NCBI GenBank assembly: GCA_036172245.1
Contig: JAYWIR010000003.1
Span: forward strand, 1-64,000
DNA: 64,000 nucleotides
Direction: 5' to 3'
DNA from: Raillietiella orientalis
Taxonomy: Eukaryota
Shown: positions 20,471-32,587 of the stretch, piece by piece
Position numbering within the stretch: the first letter of the stretch is position 1
Layout of the letters: each line of letters begins with the position of its first letter
The notes under the pieces: generated by a model
What the model was told of the DNA's origin: nothing
Seen by the model: the letters and a program-made list of their open reading frames with translations, nothing else
Databases searched by the model: none
Position numbers and translations under genes: made by a program

Positions 20471-23400
20471 TTAGGAGATTGGAGACGAAGTTTGCCTCGT
20501 ATTGCCAAACTTGACAAATTTGTCATGTAGATGCATCAAATGCTCCACGATTATTTCATCAATTTCCTTTCCTCGAGTCTGACTTTCCGAATTTAACTTA
20601 AGCCATTTTAAACCTACATCAGATATTAATAAAACTTCTGTGTATCTATGTTGGAGAAGATTGCCAATAACCACCTAAAAAAACATAAGTGAATTTAGTG
20701 GATACTCATTAAAAGCACATAATCACCTGTGGTCTGTATTTTGCCAATGCATCTTTGCATTTGCATTCAAGTTTATTACGATCTGTCTCCAACTTAAATG
20801 ACACTACAAAAGCTTTTGGTGTCCACAAGGAACTCAGCATGCCCAGCATTTTTGGAACAGGTTGCAAAATTAATTGCAAGGTATTTTCCTTAGAGTGAAG
20901 CTTGTGTTCAGACTAAATCAAACGAATTGATTTACATGTTCACTAAAACACACCAGCTGATGCAGAGGAATATAGAAATCTGACACTGCAGCAGCCAAGT
21001 ACCACAGTACCCACGGGCTGTTCGCTTCCGGACGTTCTGCTACCAGTTTTAAGAGCCAGAGGTAATCCGTTACAGTGACAAAAGTTATTGTGAGGAGTAA
21101 ATTGACTTGTTCTATAGCATCAATCTCTTGGGCTACACATATGGCATCCTTCTGACCTGAATTTTGATATTGAGTATTTTATTGAATAAACATTTTCAAC
21201 TACTTATGATATCCTAAAAGCAAATCCCACTTTACAAACTTTCTATTTTAGAACAAGATATCTAATTTCCTAAGGAAAAAAGTTGGCCTTGTATTTCATG
21301 ACTCATTTTCCCAATAGGAAATATGCTTCAAATCTTGAGATTTTGGGGGCCGAGGGATCAGAGTTAAGTCGAGAGTCTGTCTCTCTGTTATTCCAATCAC
21401 AAAAAAGGAGCCAGCTATGGAGCAATACTGATAGACAGTGTGACGCAGTTTTGTGTTACTTGTATATTCCCAACAACACAATAGGCACTGAAAGGACTGC
21501 ACTTAGTGCCTACTTAGTATCTTGTGAATGGATGTTGTAAAGTGTTTTCTAAAAGTCCTACAGCCATGCCGAAAATATCTCACATCCCAAGTTTCAAAAG
21601 TCTGGTTCTTTTAGAAAAGAGATGATATCTTTTCATGTACCTCGTAGTTCCCAAAAGAATTAATCCCTACCAATTCTTGTTTTCCAGATCAGTAGAAATT
21701 TATTTGATTGATCTATTATTAGATCAATGCAAATAAATTTTGTTTGTCTTTCGGGAACCAGTAAGATCCATAACAAAAATATGGATTCTTCATACTTTAT
21801 TTTGAAAGTGGAAATATTATGCTACACTTGATTTCACAGATGTTACAGATGATTGCTTCCAGCAAATGACTGCAAATTCTTTTGATTTTTAAAACTATGG
21901 AGACAATGTATTGTTTTTCTTTCAAAATAAGTTTCAAATTTCGATTCAATTTCGTTTCAAATTGCATTTTTTGCATATTCACTTTCATGTTTTCATGTGT
22001 TTAATTTCATGAAGTTGTGGTCAGAAACTATTTCTTAACCCATTGCCAATTCGACAGTGTGGAATTAAGAATGCATCACGGAGAGATGATCCGATAACTT
22101 CATTAAATCCTGCATTTTTCATGTGACATTACTCCTTTTAATTATTTTACATTTTAAAACTTGTCTTTCACAATTCACATGTTCTCACATCACAAAAAAG
22201 TACACTGTGATAAAGGCACATTGCAGACTGAATAAAAGTCATTATTTCCTAATACCAAATATATCATTAAGCTACCTACATCAATGTTGCAATAAATCAA
22301 TGTAAACATTTCAGGTGACTGAAAGTCAGCTAACTTTAGTTTATTTCCAACTTGCAAGATAACACAGTCTCCTAAATTGACAAAAACAAACAAAACATGA
22401 GTAGTTGACAGAACTCAGGATTGTTTGCCAGCATCCATTATTACTAGAAAAAAGATTGGACTAATAATAGAACTATATTGCAAAAATTCGCAGTCTAGTA
22501 AAGCTAATGAGATATCAGTTGACTATGCAAACAAAAACTTTCTTTCTAAAGATTTCTGTTCAAGCATCTGTGAAGTACATACTCTTATTCATCACTCTGG
22601 TGCAAATAAAAGTGATGAGACTAAAGAAACTTTCTGGCAGAAACTATTGAGTTTCTGCCAGAAAGCGCTTCTGAAATACATAGAAACAGTTTCTGTACAA
22701 GTACTTTTAAATCTTCCACATATATTACAAGTGTTGCATGCATGCTTTCCAAGAGATAAGTGAGTAGAATAAAAGTAGACTTCATAGATAGCTCACTTTT
22801 CACAGGAATCATGCAAAACCAAATGGAAAATTCACGGAAATGTAAATTATCAGCAACATTACTAGATTCTTATCAGCAACTGATTTCATTAATGCAATCA
22901 TACTGGAATCTGTGGAACTACTTTTTTTACGCTTATTTTGGACTGAACACTTAGTAGGTTATTATCTTGGAATATCTGAAAGGAGTTCCATAAGATTCTA
23001 ATTGGCACTATTCATAAGCAGTATGAATCTTTAATCAGATATAGGTACTTTAAACAGAATAAATGACTAACCAGTACTAAGAGATTCCTTCTCTTGTTTT
23101 CTCAATAAAAAAGGCAATAACTGTTCCACCTGCAACTTCCGCACAAAGGGCTTTTGACTTCCTTCTTTGTAAAGGTACAGCACTGCATAATTATTTTTTA
23201 AAAAGTATTCTGCAGATGCAGCTCCTCTTCTCCCAGTACTAAAGTTGACTAAAAAATGCACAGGATTCTTCTCCAATGGAACTGAAGTACCTCCAGACTA
23301 TTACATTAACATATAAGAACCCCACAGAATTTAAAGCATCAAATTATGTGATCAGTATGCATTTCAAATTGATCTTTCATTCCATAAGATACGATAATGC

Positions 23401-24265
23401 GAAAGAAAAATTTAATAAGAGTACTCTTTTATGTGACATTTTAAAATTGCAAAAGTTATCAAGGCACCGTTACCACTTTAAAAAAAATTTTGATTTGTTC
23501 ACGATAAAAATTAATAAATCGTTTAAGCTCTTAACTGCAACTAGATGAAACTAACTAAAAGTGACAAAAAGTTAAAATGTACTCGTTAAAACAAACCAGA
23601 AATAACGTAATCATGGCAATACATTTATCTGCTTGAAAACAATTTCAGTATTTTCTTTCTACCATCCAAGATCAAGAGGTAAAAAAGGGCAAACTGGAAT
23701 AGAAAACACGATTCATGCTTTCAAACGACTGGAGAATAATATCAGCAAAACATGCATACAATCCTAACTGCAATGTCAAAGGGCACTGTTCCTGCAAAAC
23801 GAACTTCCAAAATGCCATCGGTACTTTTTTAGACCTATGAAAACATTAATTACCTTCGCATAATTTCTAAATTGTAATACGTGCTTTATTTGCATACCCG
23901 TGCACAAAGTTAACGAGTTTCCAACAGATCTGTAATAATGCTAATCAGAAAAAAAGTTAATTTCGGTATCTTACATTTGCAAAAGATACATCAAAGATAC
24001 TAAGAATAACTGCGTTTTGTGCCGTTTGCCATCACAGAATTCAGATCAAAACACTCAAATAAGCATACATACGGTGATAATGACAAGTTTCCTTTTTTGA
24101 TAATGAAATTCAAGAAATCTTTTAATTTTTTCCATGCTGCCTTCATGAATGTTAAGAGTTGTATTTGCAAAGAACTGGTCACATTCTCGTTCCTTAGATA
24201 GGTGTTCCTACTCCAAAAAAAAAAATATAAACGCTAAATAAACGAAGAAAAAAAACAACCTCCAT
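20471..24265 (-). CDS. PPCS: Phosphopantothenate-cysteine ligase, 6 coding exons, 319 aa
   Basis: Exons 24265-24260, 24207-24073, 23297-23072, 21156-20954, 20912-20727, 20674-20471; all GT-AG and phase-consistent. Motifs [56 protein letters not shown]. The 6-nt first exon is the least certain part. Confidence 0.92.
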
Positions 24266-24649
24266 GAAACTGTGGGACTTCAGGGAGACACAAAAGACAG
24301 ATTTCTTGCACTCAGCGCTAGACGAAAACTTTCCGTCACCTAACATTCATTACCAAAACACGAGAGATTTTTTCTTTCCTGGTCCAGCCAGTGAACACCA
24401 AACATCAACAGACCAAACATCCATTCAGAGATAAGACCAATTTCGTAGAATTCAAGTGTATTTGATGTGCATAATGTCACGCAAACGTCCTGCAATTTCA
24501 ACGCTCCAATTGTTTTGCAGTCCAACTTTTACCACTACTGTCCGAGGTGGGGTAAAGTGTCGGGAAATTGGAACAAACGGGAAACACAAGCAAAAGAGCG
24601 TTGCTCACCTCCGTGTTCGTCGCACGGGTTCTTTCGTGTCGCAGCACAC

Positions 24650-25560
24650 GAGGTTTCCTATCAGGAATTTGTCTTAGAGGGGATTGGGCATGGGCGGACA
24701 GATTCCTGGATCTTTCTCAGGATGTAGTGGTAGGTCCACGAGGGCACTCTCCCACATCTGTGAATGCCGATCTCCTTTTCTAAAAACCCCATCAGGATGT
24801 AGATGGCGACCGCTGATATTATTCTCCGAAGAGTAGCCCTCCTTACGAGAACAACTGAGGGCACAACTGAGGGGTGGAACTTTGGCTTGTTTCCTCTCTT
24901 TCCATGAGTTCTCCCAGCTATTCGAACTTGGTAGTGCTTTGCAAGTCGGTCGCTTGCCTTGGCATTCTCTGGTCGCTGGTGAGGACTGGCAGTGAAGATG
25001 TGGTGGATGTTCTCCGAATCTGCACACTCTGCACAAAGCTCATCACTGTGATTACCTCACCAGTGCACCTTCCTGGTACCACAAAGAAGCCCTCTGTGAT
25101 AACACATGAGGAGTTTATCTTGGACCTCTGGGGATAGGCCAGATCTCCTCAGTGTGATCTTTATAGAAGGAAGATTGAGCCCAGGATTTTGTAGAATGCT
25201 ATTCCAGATGCTATTCCAAAGCTCGTAGGTTGACCTCGATGTAGTTCGAGTTGCGTCTTTGCATAGCTCATACACAGCCCATGGACTGGGTGAAGTACTG
25301 GTATACTCATCCTACATGAGCAATCGCATCGCGATGCGGTTTCCGGGCATCATCTCTGCAAGATACGAAGCGAAGAGAAAACGCAACAGTAAGGAATCCA
25401 TTGACTTCGCAGTATGCTTTCTGCTGATCGCAACGAGATGGACCCACCTGGGACCACATCAGGAGTAGCTTACTGACGTCCTGCATAGGCTGCAGAGGAC
25501 CCATGGACGAAACGGATAATGATCTCTTCCGTTGCTCCCTAGCCACAAGAACACTTGTTC
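24650..25560 (-). mobile_element. Decayed LINE ORF2 C-terminal fragment
   Basis: CYHRGLLCG...LCAECADSENIHHIF resembles the C-terminal finger of the young copies; many stops; boundaries approximate. Confidence 0.55.
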
Positions 25561-25589
25561 TTATGGCTTGGAGGAATAGATGGGATGGA

Positions 25590-26750
25590 AAGTGTTTGTT
25601 TGTTTGTTTGTTTGTCTTCTTTCCCTATTCCCCTTCGTTCCGTTTGAGGACCTTGTTGGCACCTTCTAAAGAATTATTCGACTCAGAGGAATGTAATATC
25701 CTAACATTTTTTCTTGCATGTTTGTTTTTAAAATAAACTCTGACGTGACCGAGTAAAAGTCTTCTCTGAGGTCAGCAAGATGGTGACTGCATCTCACTAG
25801 AGAGAAACAGGCCAAAATTAGCAATGTCCTGATGCGCTCCGTGGGAGATACTGTCGCGGCGACACTTCCTACTCCGAGCTAAAACCGGAAAGTCCAATGG
25901 CTCACGCAGCAACCCAGAGAACTATTGCCAGACTGCAGAAAGCGGAGACCAGATGCCGAGGATATCAACGAGATAGAAATGCCCCATCTTCGGATACCGG
26001 AATGATTCAGGTGGGTCCTCGGGAATCGTCGACTGAGAGGATCCTCTCCTTCGGGCTAAGAACCAAGGTGAAAGCGGGCGACAAGAGAGTCCATCCGCCC
26101 CCTTTTTTCCCCTTTCCACCCATGAGTCTCCCACCTGACCCTCGAGAGGAGTTGAGAGGTCTTCCTTCCAGAATAACTGCGGGAAATCGGCATTTGGCAT
26201 CGCCTGCACGTGGTCTGCGTGAATATCAACGGGCTACGCAACAACGTTAGGAAGACGAGATGTAAGCATCGCCTTCCGATCCTTCAAGCTGGTGCTCCTC
26301 CAAGATGTCCACAGGATCCCTACGGTAGAGCTTTCCGAGATCTATCACCCAGCCACTCTAGGACGTTCATTCTTGAGAGCAAAGAGTTGTCAATGAAAAA
26401 CCTTCAAGGGTACGTACTTCAAAACCTTCATTCAAGTCGGTCTTTTCTAAGATCCGGGAAGGGTGGAATGGAATAATAAAAGACAGGAGAGCAAAACAGA
26501 GATCTTTGTTTTCACTTGGTCCCACGCGTAATTGCGATCCTCCACGAGCCAGCTCTGGCGAGAGGAATGTTCTCTTCGACGAAGCAGATCCAGTAGCACA
26601 ACTTGTTGTTAAGTCGTCCGAATCCGTCGACGTCGTCGTCACGAAGATAATCGCGAAGTTGATTGACATGGACCACTTGAAAACATGCTGACTCACCCGA
26701 CAGTTCCTATAAAAGCGAACGCTCACCACTGCGTCCGCGATCTGGGGTCA
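25590..26750 (+). mobile_element. Decayed LINE 3' UTR/terminus followed by a decayed APE fragment
   Basis: (GTTT)n/T-rich tract, AATAAA at 25732, then CGTGACCGAGTAAAA resembling the terminus at 9-24. Further on, LHVVCVNINGL and VLFDEADPVAQLVVKSSESVDVVVTKI align with the APE of copies 2 and 6. Confidence 0.6.
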
Positions 26751-26914
26751 TTCCAGTAATGCGCTTTAGCAGGAGCGTACCAAACTGCTGCATGTCAAAG
26801 CAATTGTTTTCTTAAATACTGTTTTAATTCATTAAAAAAGATTGAAATCATTTACAGACATTCTGAGGTTGTGGTTGTTGTTGGTGGTCAACGAAAGAGT
26901 GTTCTTGACAAAGC

Positions 26915-27271
26915 ATGGCTCGTACAAAGCAGACGGCTCGCAAGAGTGCTCCAGCCACAGGAGGCGTGAAGAAGCCTCACTGCTACCGGCCAGGTACTGT
27001 CGCCTTGCGAGAGATCCGTCGTTACCAGAAGAGCACCGAGCTGCTGATCCGCAAGCTGCCTTTCCATCGTTTGATACGCGAGATAGCTCAAGATTTCAAG
27101 ACGGACTTGCGGTTCCAAAGCTCGGCCGTGTGGGCTATGCAAGAGGCTAGAGAGGCTCACTTGGTCGACCTCTTCGAAGACACAAACCTTTGTGCCATCC
27201 ACGCCAAGTGCGTGACCATCATGCCGAAAGACGTCCAGCTGGCTCGTCGCATCCGCGGTGAGCGTGCTTAA
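26915..27271 (+). CDS. H3: Divergent intronless histone H3 with an 18-aa N-tail deletion (variant or young pseudogene)
   Basis: [22 protein letters not shown]...IRGERA, 118 aa, open frame; ten substitutions relative to canonical H3. Confidence 0.8.
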   Translation: MARTKQTARKSAPATGGVKKPHCYRPGTVALREIRRYQKSTELLIRKLPFHRLIREIAQDFKTDLRFQSSAVWAMQEAREAHLVDLFEDTNLCAIHAKCVTIMPKDVQLARRIRGERA

Positions 27272-27904
27272 GCCTGAGCAGAAGTGAACCGACGAAGCTA
27301 GAGTTGGGATAGAAACAAAACCAATAATAGAAATAAAACAAACTTAAAGAATTCTCAAGAGTAACATTCACTTACTGTTACTTCTTTCTTATTTTTAAGT
27401 TCACTTACAAGGCAACTGTTTTGAAAACTTCTTTTGTCAAGATAGCTGCAACTGTATGTTTCCATTCACCCACTTGTATCTTGAATTGGCTTACTTATTT
27501 ATTCTACTAAACCATTGGATCATAATATTATTCGCTTTTGGTTCTATTACAAGTAAAAGTAACATTATTCTACTAATGGAAAAAATATTCATCATATTCT
27601 ACTAATTTTGTTTGATGAGAAAACAATTTTCATCATTGAAAGAACTTTGAAATGCTAACATTCCTAATTTGACTTATTTTTAAATGAGTAGACAGAGACA
27701 TCCATAGCATTAATAGTTACATTTACTATCTGAAAAGCTTTGAATACGATTTCTTACTTATGCTTGTTTCAAAAAGCTTTGAGAAGTTGACCAAAACTTC
27801 CTCTTCCCTTGTTTGGAGCACATTACAAGAAGTAGTAATATCACTTTTCTGCTTTATGCAGCAATATATTCACTTGTACCTCTAGTTGCTCGAGAAAGTT
27901 GTTG

Positions 27905-27964
27905 AATGAGAGACGGAAGTTCAGAGGTGCTTGCCGTCAGAGAGGGATTGTCATCATCGTAAGC
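27905..27964 (+). promoter_or_regulatory. Possible promoter / non-coding first exon for the TMEM134-like gene
   Basis: ETS-type CGGAAGT at ~27914 in a locally GC-richer patch ending in a donor-like GTAAGC at ~27959; inference only. Confidence 0.3.
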
Positions 27965-28983
27965 ATGATTTATATTTCTAGAAAATTAGTTGGAATTTTT
28001 TATGTGCACAATTCTTTAGCAATATGCATATTTGAGAAGAGAGAATAAGCTAAATTTTTCATAAAAGGTTTTTTTACATTATCGTAGCACTTTGGTATAT
28101 TATCGTAGCAATTTAGTGACTTCCCGAAATAAAGAAGATGCAGGTTATGTATATCAAGAAAACTTTTGGTGGATGCTAGTAGTATAATTTCAAACAGTAT
28201 GAACTTTTGCATACTCACAACAAGAAAAAGAAATGAAAGAAAAGCAAAAGAAGTGAGTAAAAGGAATGTTTTGAGAATTTACAACTATCTGGTGCATCAT
28301 AGCAATCAGAAACATATTCTTCAAAACCTTTGTTGATTAACTCAATAGAAATGTAAACTGTTAAAAGATCTTTTCTTATTTTTGAAGATGCCTACAATGC
28401 CATCCTAAGCACCCCGGAAACATTGCAAAGCATTATCAACGTCCGTAATACTAATCCTATACGAATAATTTTATTGATTTTAGGCCTGGTAAGCCTTACT
28501 TTTCATTAATTGAATTGTGTAGCAGCAAATAGCGTTTGTTTCGTTTTGTGCTTTTTTTTCATGAAATTAGAACGTAGTAATTTTGGTTCTTTCGTGTTTA
28601 CTTGTTTAGCAATTTGAAATCCTCCAGCCAAAGAAAAAATACCTGTTGAGCCAAAAGAGTAGCTGTTATTCAACGTTACAAAATTGAATTAATTATAAAC
28701 AAACAGAAGTCGGTGGCTTTTATGAAAATCAGAATAGAGTATAAATCATAGCTTAAAGAATGTGAATATAATTTGAAAAAAAAAAAAAAAAATTACAACT
28801 ATGATCAATCTTGTAGCAATTGAGACTTTTATCTTCTTGGTGTGTGGTAAGTAATTGCCACAGAAATAATCAGAGAGGTGTTTTGTTTTTCAAGTCATGT
28901 TATTGAAGTGTATTTTGTAGAAATTTTATATAATTTGGAGGCACTGAAATTTGACGTGCTTAATATGATTTCTTTGAAGAAAC

Positions 28984-29902
28984 ATGTGCTTTATTAAAAG
29001 GAGTATTTTGGTGAATGATATAATGGTGGATGGAAATTTAAGTTGTATTGATGAGCCATGTGAAGATAATTCTGATGATTTAATTAGTACATCACGAAGT
29101 ACAGTTGATAAACTGTCATCCTTGCCTCCCATTTACACTGTAATGCAGAGCAATCACCCATCTCATGAACAGAGCACTGAATCATCAATTGTCAAAGTAT
29201 CTGAAGAGGTGAAAGATCTTTTCCTATGAATATTATTAAATTGTTTTACTTTTTTCGTGTAACATATCTTGTTGTTTTAAGTAAATAATGGCGCATAAAA
29301 AGTTATAAACACTATCGGATTCTGCAATAAATTTACTAGTAAAGTACATTCATTATGTTTATTTTTTTTTAAAATAAGTCTTTTAGCTGCTTAACTACAC
29401 TTAACTTTTGCTTGTACTCTAGTGCTCCTTAGTAATGTTTGCATGTTTTATTCAAGGTTATCCATAACTAAACAGTTGTATAGCATTACTTATGCAATTT
29501 TGAAACAATTCAATTAATAACAACTCAATTCATGTGCAGACTGGGTCCAGAGATAATGATTCATTACTTCAGACAGAAAGATGCCAGGTTAAAAATCTTC
29601 ACACAAGTTGGTGGCATCATCCCAAGGTGCAAGACAACTGGAAAGTTGTACTAGCGGCATTTATTCTTCTCATTATAGGAACAGGTTTAATATTTGTAAT
29701 ATTGAAAGCCTTAGCTTTGCTTTAAGGGCTCTTAGTGACTGGAGTGGTGGTTGCTGCAACCTCAGGAGGACTGCAGAGTTTTGTTTTTCTAATAGCTGGG
29801 GCAATATGCTTCATACCAGGTGCATATCATGTTGTATACATCTATCTAGCAGTCAAAGGAAGAAGAGGATATGATTTTTATAATTTGCCAGTTTTTAACT
29901 AA
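28984..29902 (+). CDS. TMEM134: Transmembrane protein 134-like
   Basis: Exons 28984 (or 29023)-29208, 29540-29684, 29727-29902. WWHHPKVQDNWKVVLAAFILL, two hydrophobic segments, FIPGAYHVVYIYLAVKGRRGYDFYNLPVFN. Start codon uncertain. Confidence 0.85.
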
Positions 29903-32587
29903 TTCTGTATTTTCGTACAAAATTTATCTGTGATCTATTATTTGTCTTAGCTTTAAGAGCAAATCAAATTCTGCATCAATATGGAATATTAGTTTTGCAG
30001 TTTTATTCATGTCCGAATTAGGAATGGCGTTCACAGATCTCATGATTGTTACAATGAAAGCTGCAATTGATCATACCATTACCAGGTTTCCACATGCCTG
30101 TAATGCTATCATCTTCTAGTAGATCAGTTTTCGATAACTGGCTGTCAGAGGCAATCTTGAAAAATTCAAATAGCAGCATTCCTGTGGGGAGGCTCACAAA
30201 GATGATGTATCTGCAAAAGAGCTTACCAACAAATAAATTATTTTCCAAATGTCAGCATTTACAATCTTGAACACTTGATACATTTATTTGCAGTAGACAA
30301 CAAAGGTTATGCTCAGAACTGGTTCAAGTTTTTATTATTGATTGGCAGCAAACATAGTATTTGCTTATCACATTGGAACCATGGAACCAAAGAAAATCTC
30401 ATCATTGGAAAATCAGATGTTAGTAGGACCACCTAGGCACCAGTAATTTTTGAAGTTACAAACAACCATTCGTGTATATACACCAGTTTCATCTCAGCAT
30501 TAAGTTGCAATATGTACAACTATCAGATCCACTTTCAAAATATTGTGTTTCCATCACAGTTCAAGACAGTTTTTATCAGAATGAATAAGTGGTTGACTTA
30601 CGTGCAAGTCTATTTCTTATCATGAAACATCTCTTCCATGTTGGATTCGGTAAATCTGTTCGTTTTTTACGGACATTTACCCAGAAAGCAGTAACCCAGG
30701 GCATGAGTTAAAGTTCCTTATTCTCATCCAAGTTCAAATAGATTCTTATTGGATTGGACTTTGCTATTCTTACCATACCAAAGTCGTTTTGCTTTTGATT
30801 TACATTGTGCTTCAAGGTTTAGTTCATGAACCTAACTTGCATCCTGATCTTTATAATGGTTTTTCCATTAGGAATAAGAAGCATAAGTCAAGAAAGAGTG
30901 TACTACTATTTTAGAGAGCTACCGAAAATTGGAGCAGTTCTCCTCAATTTGATTGACAGTATGTAAAGCAATGCTCTTAGACAGCCACATTGCAGATGAT
31001 CACTGTTGGCAACCACGTGCCTTTTCCCTTGTGTGAGTGGCCTTTGAAGAACTCATGCTTCGTCGATCCATGCCCATCCGAATCCTTGTCGCATTGCAGC
31101 GTTCCAATTCTTCACGTTGTAAAGTCTTTTTTCAAGCTGTCTATTCATTTGACTGGATGATTCACGATTCCAGCCCTCACTACAAGTAGATGGGACCAAG
31201 ATGGGGCTAGCTATTTAGGAGTTGATTTACGAGGAGCAGTGTGAGGGGAAACGTAAAAACTGTGACGTGAGGCAATGTGAGGGGAGACGTAAACATAGTA
31301 CACCATGACAACGTTGCTGTCATGGTGTACGATGTGGGTCTTATTATCGAATTACAGTTCTAGACGGTGTCAGTTACAACATTAAGGCTGGAAAGGCCGA
31401 ATTCGAGAGTGCCTTCATGTTTCATTTTTAAAGAATTCATTCATTAGAGAATGCACCAGATAACAAATTAATTTGGGGGCACTCGATTACATGAACCAAT
31501 ATTGCAGCGAGAAATGAGGAAAAAAAATCTGATCAGGCAAAATGTGAAAGAATCATGCTGTTGCCAGCTCTCAAACAAACCTATTGAAATAGAAACCCAG
31601 ACAAAGGCAGTGTAAGATTCTAGTTGCATATTTCAGTTTTTACGCAAACCTATAATAAGAGAGCAGTAACTAACTAGATTGAGCGATAAACATGAATTAG
31701 GGAATCGTACTCGTCTTACGTGGAGTGTAAATGGGGTTGAATGAAATTTCGTTCAAAAGCTGGTTTGAAAGGGACAATAATGACAGAAATCTCCAGGTAC
31801 AAATGACTTTGGAGGTGCTAAGTTGTAATAAAACAGTGTTTTCTCACTCAGAAGAGAGCATGAAGTAATCATTGGCTGAAAGCTTCAAATAAAGCGTTTA
31901 ATAGAGAACGTCTTCCTATATGCTCGCAAACAATCACAATGCAAGGGTATCCCGAAATTAGGGGCGATGAAACTTCCTAATTCATATGAGGCTTGAATCA
32001 GCGTATGCATTCTTCAATGAAAAAAGAGGGCAAAAAGAAATACTTATTCCATGATTGGTTTCTGATCAAAAAACTCTTTGAAATCCAGTGGACAAATCAG
32101 CTCGAAAGGAATAACGGGCGGTTAATGGCAATCGATAAAGACCAAGCACATTCCTGTCAGGATCTTACTATTCGTTTTCATGGATAGGAGCAATGCGATA
32201 ATTCAATTTAATTTCCCTTAAGTGCATGTGAAATTTTAAACAGCAAATATCTAGGAGTCCTGATCGTTCAACCTAACTCGATTTAAGCTCGGGCACTTAA
32301 ACCTTCCGGAGCACCGAGAGTAAAACAGCACGCAACAAGGTCCTCCAGTGCTTCAGAGGTTCAGAAAATGCTTTAGGGCATCTCGGAAAGTGGGAAGCCT
32401 GAGTTTGGTGTCCTGGCTGTTGGGTGTGTGGACCCAGCGTGGATATGGCGTGTCGGGACTTGCGTGGAGCGAGTTGTGGTGTGTGGAAAGGCAAGAGGAA
32501 AGGCACCATGGAATCTTCAAAAGTCCACTTGGCTTGGCCAGTTTGAAAACTCATTCCATTCCGTGTTGATGCGGTGCCGGATCAGCC

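Noticed and set aside
30018..31200. Possible coding relic between TMEM134 and BUD23
   Set aside because: Short ORFs with no recognisable motif or consistent splice pattern.
32300..32580. RNase P/MRP-like RNA suggested by GGGAAGCCTGAG upstream of BUD23
   Set aside because: No matching 3' P4 strand or correctly ordered conserved regions found; more simply the BUD23 promoter/5' UTR.
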